Positions 13,126-27,308 are shown, numbered from the stretch's first letter. The stretch: DNA of 64,000 nucleotides from Eukaryota sp. TZLM1-RC (GCA_040285825.1 JAUPSS010000007.1:2950689-3014688); one strand, 5' to 3'. Translations and numbers: made by a program. The notes: generated by a model not told the origin, from the letters alone.

Positions 13126-14559
13126 ATGCGGAGGAACACAATTCAAACACATTAAATTTTGAAAATAGGAAGCAAGATCCTCACAAATTTCAGGAGCATT
13201 TTTACAGAAAGTTTTCAACAAATCAAAGGAAATGCCTGAAGGATTAGCAGCTTTTCCTTTTGGTAATTTAGCAACGGCATTCAATACTTCTTGAGCCTGA
13301 AATGGATTTTCGAGCCAATATTGACAAATAGAAGGCTTACTGGGGCAAAAATTTTCAGTTGGATGGAGGGATTTCAATTTTTCAACAGTTTCGAGATTGT
13401 TATCAGCCAGTTTTCCCGAAAAAATATTTTTTAATCCGCTTCCATATCTACCTCTCAAAAACAATTTTCTTGCTTGAAAAGATGAATTAGCTTTTCTCTG
13501 TTTTGGTTTGTAATTAATTTTTTTCTTATTCTTTTTGGCAAAGAATTTCCAAAATCTTGTTATGTTCCATTTGTTCAATTTCAATTGCGAAGAAAAAGAA
13601 CGCATTTCCATTGACATAGGAACAGAACTGGCAGGACTCACCTCTACAGGAATTTTAACAGGTGCACGAAGAGAATCACTTGTTTGACAGTCAAAACAAA
13701 ACAAGAGAGGGCGACCATTAGAAGAATTAGAGAGGAACTTTTGCAAAAGGACAATTAAGTTTCAAGACATTATCCGTAGGATCAGGAGCAACAGTTTTTG
13801 GTAAATGAGTTTGATCAATATTTAAATCATAATTAACATCATCAGCAGAAACATTGGGAACAGGAGGAAGAATCAGTTCGGATGGCGTTTGCAAACTGTT
13901 AACAATAGAAATATTGGTTTTCAGTCTCATTTTTTCGGTAATAACATCAGGACATTTTCTAATGTTATGACCAACCTTGCTACATTTGGAACAGGTATGT
14001 CTTCTTTTTTGCACTTTTTCAGGCGTAATATCAGGGGCATCACACAAAGGCAAAAAATCTGTTTTAAAAATTTTCAAATTTTTTTGAGAAGAATTTCGAG
14101 CACAGCTTGAAGGGTGGGGAGAGTGAAGAAGTGAAGGGGATGAGCTTGATCTGATGGATAGAATCTTTGCTTGGGCGTTCCAATCAGTATCAGAGTCACT
14201 ATCAGTCAATGGCATCGTTTTGGCAAAGACACAGTACAACTTGGACGCCGTGACAGAAAGTGAAATATGAGAGGGTTGACCAGGGGAGGGAGAAAAACTT
14301 TTAAAATTCTTGATCAGAATTTTTTTTGTCCAAAAATGAAGAGAGAAGAGGTTGAGGAGGAGAGGTGGAAAGGACGTCTTGAGCATCTTGTTGTCTATCG
14401 TTCTTTCTTTTGACTCCATTAGAATCAGAAACTGATTCAGGCATCAACAAGAAAGAATAGAAGCAATGATCGCGGTTCAGCCAGGTTTTAAGTTAAACGG
14501 TTATTTGTAGAGGAAGGACGAAAAGATGATAAACTATAAAATAAACTAAACTAAACTAC
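13126..14559 (-). mobile_element. Family B 5' half (duplicated copy)
   Basis: ORFs 13727-14419 and 13078-13746 match 5749-7184. Confidence 0.9.
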
Positions 14560-17500
14560 TTGGTTCTTTTGAAAGCATTTCTAGGGTCTCTGAAGACATT
14601 GCGGCGAAATACAAAGAAATTGGATTAGCTTTGAACCCATCTAAATGTCTCTTGATTGGTAGAGAAAAACAATCTTTGATGATTGGTGGAGCTCAGATTC
14701 CTTTTATCAATTATGACCAACAAGCTTTTAAGTTTTTTGGATGTTGGCTTGGCAATTTGGATGAAATTTATTCCCAGTTAAACAATTTATTGGAGAAGTT
14801 TGACAAGGATCTTAGTTTTATTGCTGAATGTGACATTGAGAAACACATCAAATTTTTTATTTCAAAAATTTGTTATTCTGGAAAATTCACTCATATTTTA
14901 AGGTCAACTCCCCCATCGGTATCTCTCAATTTTTGCAGATCTTTTAACAAACTTCGAGTCAAATTTTTTTCTTCTTTATTAGAAGTAAATGAATCTTTAA
15001 TTCGAAGTCATGTATTTTGTTCAGCAGATTTGGGTGGAATTGGATTCACCAAATCTTCGATTCTGTGTAAAGCAGCTTTTTTAGGAGGTGGTAAAAATTT
15101 TTTTTTGAATTTTTCCAAAGGTTCCCTTTTGATGTTCATCTCATCAATGGTGAATCAAAATTTTACTTGAATCAACTGCAATTTGAATTAAAAAATTAAG
15201 TAAAATTTTTGAAGACAAATGCTTTGACAACAAATGGTCCAAGGCTTTGTCAGCTTTAAGTCCCGGAGTTAAAGCACCGAACAATGAAAATACAATAGAT
15301 AAACTGAAAATACTTCATCCTTATGAAGACCCTATAATGGATCAAAATTTTTACGGCACATACTGGGAAAATTATCCATTGATGCCATCAGAAGTTTTTT
15401 CGGTTATCAAAAAGAGACCTCGTGGTAAATCTGCCGGACTTTCTGGTATTACTATTGATCATGTAAAAGCCGCGATTATTTCTTCAGAAGATTGCCTTGG
15501 TTTATTGACCAAATTTTTCAACCAAATATTATCTGGTCAACGCAAATACCCAGAAGAATTAAGAAGTTCTCGTTTGACTGCACTTGTCAAAAATTCAAAA
15601 ATGGATGTTCGTCCTATTGCAATCTCTGAGAGCTTACACAATATTTTTTCTGCGTGTTGCTTAAGCAGGTTCAATGAAAAAGCTAAAAAGATTTTATTAC
15701 CCTTTCAATATGGTATAAATACTACAGATGGAGTCTCTTCAGCGATTTTTGCTACTGATGTCTTATTTCGTCAAAATGAATCCAATGTTTGCATGTCATT
15801 GGATTGTAGTAATGCTTTCAATTCACTAAGTCGTCGCAGTATCCATGGTGCTCTATTGCAATATATGCCGGAATTAATACCATATTTTCAATCAACATAT
15901 TGCACATATTCTAATTTACATTTTGGTAACAACATTTTGAGTTCATCAAGTGGCGTAAAGCAAGGAGATCCGTTAGGACCTCTTTTGTTTTGTTTGGCCA
16001 TTCATCCTATTCTACTGCAAATTCAAGAGATGTTTCCTTCACTAAAAATGATTGCATATATGGATGATGTTGTGCTTATTGGTGATTTAAATATTGTGAA
16101 AAAAGCAACTGTATGTTTTAAAGAATTATTTACCAAAATTGGTCTCCGACTTAATTTACTTAAATGTGTTTTGTTATCGAATTCTCCAGTTTCCACAATA
16201 ATTGATGATATTGAAATTCAAGCCAAATTATATTCAATTGATGCTATTCGTCATTTGGGTTCGTTTTTAGGAAATAATGATGAAATTACCAAAAAATTGT
16301 TTGAAAAGTTGAACTCAATTTCTGACAAAATTGACCGAATGATGAATTTAGATATAAAAAAACACATCAAATTTACCATTATAAGACTGTGTTTTAGTTC
16401 CAATTTTAATCATATATTTCGATCTACAAATCCTCTCGTCACTAGACCTTTGGCTCAAAAGTTTAATGAGTTACGTGCAAAAGTTCTGTCTCAATTACTG
16501 GGATGTAAAATGTTTCAAATTCCAGATCATGCTTACCTTAGTCCACATTATGGTGGTTTAGGGTGGACGAAGGCTTCTATTCTTACCTCGTGTGCTTTTT
16601 GTTGGTGGATGCAGAAATGCAATCTTTGAGTTTTCCGAAAGATTTGCAGATTGGGAAGATTTATTGATGACAACGCAAAGTTCCACTGTTTTTGCATTAA
16701 ATGAAGAAATTTCAAGAATTGATGTAGAAAAATGGGGTCGATGTTTTCCCCAATCATTCAATGGCAATATTCCAGAAAAAATGTTTTAAATTTGAAGTAC
16801 ACTCTTCGAACATTACAGAAAAGATTGACTGGAATGTATGAAAAAGATCTTTATAATAATATTTGCAGCTCGGCTGTTTTAAATCAAGATCTTCACTCAT
16901 TGTTATTGGCAAAGGGTGTTTGTGAAAACAAGGCGTCAGATTCTTCACTTTTTGTAACCATTGTACCACGAAGATTTGGATTGTGTGCCACTAATGAAGC
17001 ATTTGTAACAAAAATGAGATTATATTTGAACATTCCCATTAACCAATTATTATCAAAAGAAAAATGTATTTGTTTTTTTTTAATTTAATTTTAATTTATT
17101 TTCAAAACCACAGTCTAAAAGTCAATATCTTCAAAACAAGCTTCCACACCATCAAACCTTACAGCAGCAATGTTTTCATAATGTGCACTGACAGACATTA
17201 AAGCTTTCGAAATCATTTTAGGAATTGATTTGAAAATAGTAAAAACAATACGATTTAGCCACAAGCGACGATCAAAACGCTTATTCATTCTTTTTTTCAC
17301 AAGATTTTCAAAATCATCAATAAAATTCAAAGAAGTTTTTCCAAGACGACCATACAACGATATAGCAAATGGGCAAATTTGGTAATCTACATGGCGAACA
17401 TGTTTCAATTCTTTTAAAGGATTTGCATACTTTTTCCGTTTGTACAATTCGGAGTCATCAAGGGGGATACTTCGGATTGAGCATTTTTCAAGGCATTTTT

Positions 17501-20478
17501 CTTGCATACATCCACTGTTACGACATCAACAACATTCATGACATCATCAAACGAGGGCACAACAACATCAGCACGTTGTTTTCCATATTCTGAATCTCTT
17601 ACGCTTTCATTTATATCAAGAGACCTCAACAAAGGTTCTACAAAGGATTCAATATGATAGGAATTACACATTGCATGGATTTGATCTCTGACTGCATCAT
17701 GCAACGTAGAACGATAGGAAATATATCTATTACAATTAAATAAATGTGATAATGTCAAACCAGCTCCACATTTACAAAACAAATCATTGGGCAAATTACA
17801 AGGCCATAAATAACAACGCATTCTCATAGCAGTGGTCCATTGGTCGTCATTCAAAAATAGACCATAAACCTGGGGAATTTGATTTATCAAAACTGCAGAT
17901 GAACTGTCCTTCAAATCAATCAAAAAATTGGCAAAAGCAGGATTTTCTTTCTTAGCCGTGCTAAGTCGAACAATAAAATCCTTGTTTTCAAAATTTTCAA
18001 AAGATGTCGTTGGAGCTTTTTCAACGCAAATTTTAATGAATATAAACTTCTGTCTGGAATTTCTTGAATGGATATGGGGAAACATGATTGCCATAAGTCG
18101 GGAGATAAACTGGATATTTCTTCTCTTAAGTTATCCAGGAATAGGCTATTTGTATTTTCAAGAAGATTTTCGGCAAAGGATATCTTCTGGAGAATTCAAA
18201 TACAAAATTTTTCCACCACCAATAAATGCAGCTTTGGTCAAATATTTTGATGAATTGAATCCAACACCGCCAAGTTGAACATCAGAAAAAATATGATTTT
18301 TCAAAATTGATGGATCAACAGACATTAAATAAGCCAAAAATTGGGTACGTATTTTGTTAAATTGTCTACAAAAATTGTAAGTTAGGGATGGAGGTAATGA
18401 TCGCAGTAAATGAGTAATTTTTCCAGCATAACAAATTTTCAAAAGAAAAAACTTGAGATGTTTTTCCAATTCAAGAGTTTTTATGACTTCTAGCTCTTTT
18501 TAATTGAATTTAAATAATTTTCAAGGCTGTCAAGTGTCTTTTCGGCGGAACCTAAATAGCAACCCAGAAAGCAGAAACTAGTTGAAGTATAATCAATATA
18601 TGGAACTTCGAGGGAATTAATTATTAACTTAACATTTTTTCTAGAAATACAAAAACATTTTTGAACATTCAAGTCAAGACCCATGGATTGGTATAATGTA
18701 GCAGCTTCATTAGCAACCCTATTAATTGTACTTTCTGGACCAATACAAGAAATGTCATCCATGTAAGCTACCACTTGAAGGTCAGAATTTTCTTCTTTTA
18801 ATTTTTCCAAAATTGGGTGAATTGCAAGACAAAAAAGAAAGGACCTAAAGGGTCTCCTTGTTTAACTCCTGATAAAGAATCCAGATTAAAAGAATTAAAA
18901 ATTAAGTCAGATGAATTACCATAAAACCTATAAAAAAAGGTTTCGAGATGTATTTGTTCGAATTCACCTCGACTCACTTTGCGCCATGCTCTAAATTGCT
19001 CTAAATTGATAACTTATCGTTCTTCATTACATGATGCTGTTAGAGACACTGTTTTCAATATGGCACAAACTGCAAGGATATCGTGTATCAAAGAGCCCCT
19101 GCTGAAGGAAACACTTTCTCTGAATAATTTTGGTTCTGATGATAGAGGTGATGTATACTGTGATTGGATTGATAATTCTGAAGCTATTGTTGACTTTGTC
19201 TCATGTAATGTTGCAAACGATACTTTGGTTCACAGAAGAAAACTTAATCCTGTGGCTGCTCTGGATTTTAAAGCAAAAGAAAAACATAGAAAATATGATA
19301 AAGAAATTGAAGATGCAAATGTCGATAGAAATACACAGCTGGTTTTTATTGCTTTCCCATTTTCGATAAATGGAAGATTATCAGTTGAAGCAGAAACTTT
19401 TTTGGATGACTTCCAAAAAATGGTGAAAGAAAAAACAATGAAAAGATTTGATATTTTTCTATGGCGTTCACGGATTCAATTTGCCATTATTAATAGATTA
19501 CCGCGGTTTTTCAATCGAATTAGAGAAGCTTTAGCTAGACAGCAAGCAAATCAAGATTTTGTAGAGGAAATTTTGGTTTAATGATAGTCGTCCCATTAGT
19601 TATGATTTAATTTAATCAAGTGTGCAAATTCAATAAATACGATTAATAAAATTTGCCTTGTGATATCTGGATTCAGTGTTTTCCTCAAAATGTTCAAGAA
19701 ATTCCCACCCGATCACTTCCAAATTTACGTTTTTGCTTGAAAAAGCTTCAGCACCATCTGGTTAAATTATATGAAGGCTTGGATTATGAAGTAAGACTTG
19801 GCTTGGCCAAAACTAAAAATCCCGCTTTCGGTAATTTTTTAAAGGATATTCGTGATAAGTCAGCTGCTGCTTTAGTAACTCAAGTTCCCTCTGTTTATGG
19901 ACTTTTGTTAAAAAACAATGAATGGCTTCTAAACATGCGTTTTCGTTGTTTTCTGTGGCCAAACAATTTGCCCAATCATTTAACTTGTAAATGTGGTAAA
20001 CCTCTTTTGTTTACTCATCTTTTGAACTGTAAACAATTCATTACGTTTAGAAGCAAAGTGAATAATAACGTCAGGGACCAAATTTATGTAATGTGCAAAT
20101 CATATCGAGTAGATTCTTTTTAGAAGCGCTGTTATCAAAATTAATTCTTGATGATCCCAATATTGATAGTACGCGTTACAACAGAGCTTCTATGGGTCTG
20201 ACTAGAGGTGATCTAGTTGTTCCTGGTTTAAATGGTAGTTTTACTATTTTGGACGCCATGTCTATTGACCCTTGTAATTCCTCTAACGAACATCTCATTA
20301 ACTCGGATGTAAATAATCCTCTTCTTGCAGGCGAAAAATATAAAATTGCTAAATATGCGAAACCCATTTCCTCGGTTAATGAAAATTCTCATACCTAATA
20401 TAATTTATGTCCATTTGTTTTTTCTTTGCTTGGATCTCTAGGTAAGGCTGCTATGGCTTTCCTTGAGGATTTTGTTGT
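14560..20478 (+). mobile_element. Duplicate of the B > D > C(-) nest
   Basis: B 14560-~15198 and ~19647-20478, D ~15199-19646, C(-) ~17075-18947; same junctions as 7185-13120. Confidence 0.9.
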
Positions 20479-21060
20479 CTCTGAAAACATTGCGGCGAAA
20501 TACAAAGAAATTGGATTAGCTTTGAACCCATCTAAATGTCTCTTGATTGGTAGAGAAAAACAATCTTTGATGATTGGTGGAGCTCAGATTCTTTTTATCA
20601 ATTATGACCAACAAGCTTTTAAGTTTCTTGGATGTTGGCTTGGCAATTTGGATGAAATTTATTCCCAGTTAAACAATTTATTGGAGAAGTTTGACAAGGA
20701 TCTTAGTTTTATTGCTGAATGTGACATTGAGAAACACATCAAATTTTTTATTTTAAAAATTTGTTATTCTGGAAAATTCACTCATATTTTAAGGTCAACT
20801 CCCCCTTCGGTATCTCTCAATTTTTGCAGATCTTTTAACAAACTTCGAGTCAAATTTTTTTTTATCAGAAGTAAATGAATCTTTAATTCGAAGTCATGTA
20901 TTTTGTTCAGCAGATTTGGGTGGAATTGGATTCACCAAATCTTCGATTCTGTGTAAAGCAGCATTTTTGGGAGGTGGTAAAAATTTTGTTTTTGAATTTT
21001 TCCAAAGGTTCCCTTTTTTTGAAAAATTTTAATTTATTATTAAACTACAGTCTAAAAGTC

Positions 21061-22175
21061 TAGAAGATATCCTTTTGCCGAAAGTCTTCTTGAAAATACA
21101 AATAGCATATTCCTGGATAACTTAAGAGAAGAAATATCCAGTTTATCTCCCGACTTATGGCAATCATGTTTCCCCATATCCATTCAAGAAATTCCAGACA
21201 GAAGTTTATATTCATTAAAATTTGCGTTGAAAAAGCTCCAACGACATCTTTTGAAAAATTTTGAAAACAAGGATTTTATTGTTCGACTTAGCACGGCTAA
21301 GAAAGAAAATCCTGCTTTGCCAATTTTTGATTGATTTGAAGGACAGTTCATCTGCAGTTTTGATAAATCAAATTCACCAGATTTATGGTCTATTTTTGAA
21401 TGACGACCAATGGACCACTGCTATGAGAATGCGTTGTTATTTATGGCCTTGTAATTTGCCCAATGATTTGTTTTGTAAATGTGGAGCTGGTTTGACATTA
21501 TCACATTTATTTAATTGTAATAGATATATTTCCTATCGTTCTACGTTGCATGATGCAGTCAGAGATCAAATCCATGCAATGTGTAATTCCTATCATATTG
21601 AATCTTTTGTAGAACCTTTGTTGAGGTCTCTTGATATAAATGAAAGCGTAAGAGATTCAGAATATGGAAAACGACGTGCTGATGTTGTTGTGCCCTCGTT
21701 TGATGATGTCATGAATGTTGTTGATGTCGTAACAGTGGATGTTTGCAAGAAAAATGCCTTGAAAAATGCTCAATCCGAAGTATCCCCCTTGATGACTCCG
21801 AATTGTACAAACGGAAAAAGTATGCAAATCCTTTAAAAGAATTGAAACATGTTCGCCATGTAGATTACCAAATTTGCCCATTTGCTATATCGTTGTATGG
21901 TCGTCTTGGAAAAACTGCTTTGAATTTTATTGATGATTTTGAAAATCTTGTGAAAAAAAGAATGAATAAGCGTTTTGATCGTCGCTTGTGGCTAAATCGT
22001 ATTGTTTTTACTATTTTCAAATCAATTCCTAAAATGATTTCGAAAGCTTTAATGTCTGTCAGTGCACATTATGAAAACATTGCTGCTGTAAGGTTTGATG
22101 GTGTGGAAGCTTGTTTTGAAGATATTGACTTTTAGACTGTGGTTTTGAAAATAAATTAAAATTAAATTAAAAAAA
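21061..22175 (+). mobile_element. Family C(+) 5'-truncated insertion into the 3' end of C(-)
   Basis: TSD AGTCTAAAAGTC at 21049-21060 and 22176-22187; poly(A). Confidence 0.9.
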
Positions 22176-23089
22176 AGTCTAAAAGTCAATATCTTCAAAA
22201 TATCTTCTTAATATCTTCAAAACAAGCTTCCACACCATCAAACCTCACAACAGCAATTTCTTCGTAATGTGCACTGACAGACATCAAAGCTTTCGAAATC
22301 ATTTTGGGAATTGTTTTGAAAATAGTAAAAACAATACGATTTAGCCACAAGCGACGATCAAAACGTTTATTCATTCTTCTTTTCACAAGATTTTCAAAAT
22401 CATCAATAAAATTCATAGCAGTTTTTCCAAGACGACCATACAACGATATAGCAAATGGGCAAATTTGGTAATCTACATGGCGAACATGTTTCAATTCTTT
22501 TAAAGGATTTGCATACTTTTTCCGTTTGTACAATTCGGAGTCATCAAGGGGGGATACTTCGGATTGAGCATTTTTCAAGGCATTTTTCTTGCAAACATCC
22601 ACTGTTACGACATCAACAACATTCATGACATCATCAAACGAGGGCACAACAACATCAGCACGTCGTTTTCCATATTCTGAATCTCTTACGCTTTCATTTA
22701 TATCAAGAGACCTCAACAAAGGTTCTACAAAAGATTCAATATGATAGGAATTACACATTGCATGGATTTGATCTCTGACTGCATCATGCAACGTAGAACG
22801 ATAGGAAATAAATCTATTACAATTAAATAAATGTGATAATGTCAAACCAGCTCCACATTTGCAAAACAAATCATTGGGCAAATTACAAGGCCATAAATAA
22901 CAACGCATTCTCATAGCAGTGGTCCATTGGTCGTCATTCAAAAATAGACCATAAATCTGGGGAATTTGATTTATCAAAACTGCAGATGAACTGTCCTTCA
23001 AATCAATCAAAAAATTGGCAAAAGCAGGATTTTCTTTCTTAGCCGTGCTAAGTCGAACAATAAAATCCTTTCTTTCAAATTTTTTCAAA

Positions 23090-23166
23090 TTATTATGAGT
23101 GGTGTAGTGGCTACAGCAAAGCGTCCATTGAACGTTTTCTTAGGTTCGATTCTCACCGTGAATTTA
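23090..23166 (+). ncRNA. tRNA-like / SINE-head sequence with Pol III A and B boxes
   Basis: TGGTGTAGTGG (23100-23110) and GGTTCGATTC (23143-23152) at tRNA spacing; stem AAAGCGT/ACGTTTT with a 7-nt loop; acceptor and T stems pair poorly. Confidence 0.65.
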
Positions 23167-24224
23167 TGAAACCACTGCCATTAAAAGGTTCTAAAAAATG
23201 TTCTATTTGTGGTATCAGTGGTCATAATTCGAGAACGTGCCCTGAAAAACAAAAAAGAGAATTTGAATTAAAATCTGCTCAACAAATTCTCAAATGTTCT
23301 GTTCCAGCTGTTGCCGTTGTGAAAGGTGCTGAAAATAATGTTTCTGACGGTCAACAGTTAATTGCTTCTAGTGTTCCCTCTTCTTTCCCTTCTGAAAACA
23401 GTAATTTTTGTTGTCCATTTTGCAAAAAAGATGTTGCAGATTCACGAAATGGTCGAAAACTTCTGTTTTGTACGAATTGTAAAGCCGTTGATACCGTAAG
23501 ACCCCCGATCCGGATCCCAGTAGAAATAAGTCCCGCCAGCACAATCCCCTTCTCAATGGAAATGAGAAATTTTACTTCTGAATTGAAAAATAATAAGTGG
23601 AATATTTGATCCTTCTGGAAGTATTTTGCTAGAAAAAACAAAAATTGTTTTAAGAAAAAATTTGGAAATAGAAAAATTGTAAAATCAAGAATTTGCCGAA
23701 AATTGTGCTTACGTGGTCGTTATGGTGCCGCAAAGCAGTCTTTGTTTTCCTCTTCTTTGGCTGATGCAAACTCTGATACCCTTGAAAAACTTCAAAAGTT
23801 GCATCCTCAAGAAAATTTCAAGTGCAGCAAGCCTGATGTGTGTCCTTTTTGGATTGAAAATCCTATTACTGCAATTGAAGTTCTTAAAGCTATTCAAAAA
23901 TTACCTAAGGGGAAAGCAGCAGGCCCATCTGGAATTTCTTTTGATCTCTTAAAAATAGCGTGTTCCAGTGCTCCCGAAATTGCTGATGATCTAGCCCACT
24001 ATTTTCAACAATTAATTGTTTTGAAAATAAATCCTCCATTTGAATTACTCGCAGCACGTCTGATTGCTTTAGTAAAGCCTGGAAACGGAATCAAACCTGA
24101 TGGAATACGCCCAATTGCTGTTGGTGAATCTCTTTTTCGTTTGCTGGCATCAATTGTCTTCGATCGTGTCAAAGACAAAGCTTCTACATTTTTGAATCCT
24201 CATCAATTTGGAATCAAAACAATT

Positions 24225-25124
24225 TTATTGTTCGACTTAGCACGGCTAAGAAAGAAAATCCTGCTTTTGCCAATTTTTTGATTGATTTGAAGGACAGTTC
24301 ATCTGCAGTTTTGATAAATCAAATTCCCCAGATTTATGGTCTATTTTTGAATGACGACCAATGGACCACTGCTATGAGAATGCGTTGTTATTTATGGCCT
24401 TGTAATTTGCCCAATGATTTGTTTTGTAAATGTGGAGCTGGTTTGACATTATCACATTTATTTAATTGTAATAGATATATTTCCTATCGTTCTACGTTGC
24501 ATGATGCAGTCAGAGATCAAATCCATGCAATGTGTAATTCCTATCATATTGAATCTTTTGTAGAACCTTTGTTGAGGTCTCTTGATATAAATGAAAGCGT
24601 AAGAGATTCAGAATATGGAAAACGACGTGCTGATGTTGTTGTGCCCTCGTTTGATGATGTCATGAATGTTGTTGATGTCGTAACAGTGGATGTTTGCAAG
24701 AAAAATGCCTTGAAAAATGCTCAATCCGAAGTATCCCCCTTGATGACTCCGAATTGTACAAACGGAAAAAGTATGCAAATCCTTTAAAAGAATTGAAACA
24801 TGTTCGCCATGTAGATTACCAAATTTGCCCATTTGCTATATCGTTGTATGGTCGTCTTGGAAAAACTGCTTTGAATTTTATTGATGATTTTGAAAATCTT
24901 GTGAAAAAAAGAATGAATAAGCGTTTTGATCGTCGCTTGTGGCTAAATCGTATTGTTTTTACTATTTTCAAATCAATTCCTAAAATGATTTCGAAAGCTT
25001 TAATGTCTGTCAGTGCACATTATGAAAACATTGCTGCTGTAAGGTTTGATGGTGTGGAAGCTTGTTTTGAAGAAATTGACTTTTAGACTGTGGTTTTGAA
25101 AATAAATTAAAATTAAATTAAAAA
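24225..25124 (+). mobile_element. Family C 3' fragment in A
   Basis: TSD AAAACAATT at 24216-24224 and 25125-25133; empty site at about 44402. Confidence 0.9.
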
Positions 25125-26037
25125 AAAACAATTGATGGTGCTTCTGTTGCTGCTATTGCCTCTGATACCTTTTTTAATGCAGAGGAAAATAATTTTATTT
25201 TTAATCTCGACTTTAAAAATGCTTTTAATTCTGTAAAGCGAGAAGCAATTTTTGAAGTTATTAAATCTGATTTTCCTGAGCTATCGAGTTTTTTCTACCA
25301 TTTTTATGGTAAAGAATCAGATTTAATTTTTAATTCATTTGCTCTTAAATCATCTTCTGGAGTGAAGCAGGGAGATCCTTTAGGCCCATTATTGTTTTGT
25401 TTAGCTATTCACAAAACTTTAAATATCATTAAGCAAAAATACCCTTCTATAAAAATAGTTGCTTATATGGATGATATATCCTTGATTGGTTCATTTGATT
25501 TAATAGAATTGGTTGCTCAAGAAATTGCCGATTCATATGAAAATATTGGGCTTCATCTTAATGCCAGCAAATGCCTTCTGATTGGGTCTTCTGCTCAAGA
25601 CCTCGTGATAAACGATTCTATTGTTCCTTTTACTAATTATAGTAGTGATGCTTTTAAGTTCCTTGGTTGTTGGTTAGGAAATGTGCCTCAAATTCAGAAT
25701 GAATTGCAAGTTATTTTGGAAAAAATGAAAATTGAACTTGATTCAATTTCTTCTTTAGATATAGAAAAGCATATTAAATTTTTCATGCTTAAAATTTGCT
25801 ACACTGGGAGAATAACCCACATTTTGAGATCTTGTGCTCCTTCCATAGCATTAGATTTTTGTCGTTCATTCAATTCATTGAGAACAGAATTTTTTGCTGA
25901 TTTATTGGATGTAGAACCAGGAATGTTGAAAAGTCACTTATTTTCTTCAGCAAATTTGGGGGGTATTGGATTTACTAAATCTTCAATTTTGTGTCAATCA
26001 GCATTCTTGGGTGGTGGCAAAAATTTTATTTATGAAT

Positions 26038-26125
26038 CGGATATATTTATGTGTGGAAGCTTGTTTTGAAGATATTGACTTTTAGACTGTAGTTTAATAA
26101 TAAATTAAAATTTTTCAAAAAAAAA
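26038..26125 (+). mobile_element. 88-bp family C 3' tip in A
   Basis: TSD ATTTATGAAT at 26028-26037 and 26126-26135; 13-nt 5' filler; empty site at about 45305. Confidence 0.9.
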
Positions 26126-27308
26126 ATTTATGAATTTTCTCGTAGATTTCCTGATGATTCTCATCTGTTAGTTCCCAATTGCAGTCCCTATTTGTATGAG
26201 TTATCTTGTGAACTTGAAAAATTACCGCCACAAATTTGGACCAAATGTTTTCCTCAATCAATTCAAGAAATTCCAAACCGATCTCTATTTAATTTACAGT
26301 TTTGCTGTAAAAAGCTTCAACAAAAATTGTCAAAGATTTTTGAAAGCTTGGATTTTGATGTTAGACTTGGCTTGGCCAAGAAAAAGAATCCCGCTTTTGC
26401 AAATCTTTTACAAGATATGTGTGACAGTACTTCTTCTGCCTTAGTAACAACAATTCCACAAGTTTATGGTACTCTCTTATCCGATTCTGCTTGGACTCTG
26501 AATATGAGATTTCGTTCCTTTATCTGGCCTGATAATTTACCTCATAATTTAATTTGTAAATGTTCTCGAGAAATTACAACTACTCATTTGTTAAATTGTA
26601 AACATTTTATTACTTTTAGAAGCAAGGTTCATGATGCTGTAAGAGACCAGTTATATTGTATGTGTAAATCTCATAGAATTGAATCCTTCTTGGAACCTCT
26701 GTTGTCAAATCTGTTTGATGCTGAAAATGATTTTCATAAGAATAATAGAGGTGATGTCATATTACCTGGATTAGATGGAAGCTTCATTTTATTGGATGTA
26801 ATGTCTGTTGATCCTTGTAATGCCTCAAATGAAAGGCTTGTTAATTCTGAAATTCATAATCCCCTTTCAAATGCTGAAAATTTTAAATTCAAAAATACAA
26901 TGAACCTTTGTCCAAATTGGCCAGTCTACAGCATGCAAAATACAATTTGTATCCATTTGTATTTTCCCTTTTTGGTTCACTTGCACCAACTGCTTTACGT
27001 TTTTTGGATGATTTTGAAATGATTGTAAAGAGAAGAACTGGCAGAAATTTCAACAGATTGTTTTGGCAAAATAGAATTGTGTTTTCTATTTTTAAAGGGA
27101 TGTTGAAGATGGTTTCTGATGCTTTGCTTTCTCTTGGATCTCACTATGAGAGAGTTGCATCTAGTGTTTTTGTTTTGGGAGAGATCGATTTTTTAGATGT
27201 TGATTTATAGGTTTAGAATAAAAAGGTTTCGCTTAAAAAAAATTTTTTCAAAAGATGTCGTTGGAGCTTTTTCAACGCAAATTTTAATGAATACAAACTT
27301 CTGTCTGG

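Larger units (their letters stand above)
5749..20485. repeat. Tandem duplication, unit about 7.37 kb (5749-13125 and 13126-~20485)
   Basis: Identical order of fragments and junctions, with offsets 7377 to 7365 (7044/14419, 7873/15247, 11614/18979). Confidence 0.9.
23090..27239 (+). mobile_element. Chimeric insertion: tRNA-like head + near-full-length family A element
   Basis: TSD AAATTTTTTCAAA at 23077-23089 and 27240-27252; A pieces 23167-24224, 25125-26037 and 26126-27239. Confidence 0.88.

Noticed and set aside
23090-23166. Functional tRNA gene
   Set aside because: Acceptor and T stems pair poorly and the loop lacks the invariant U33; kept only as tRNA-like
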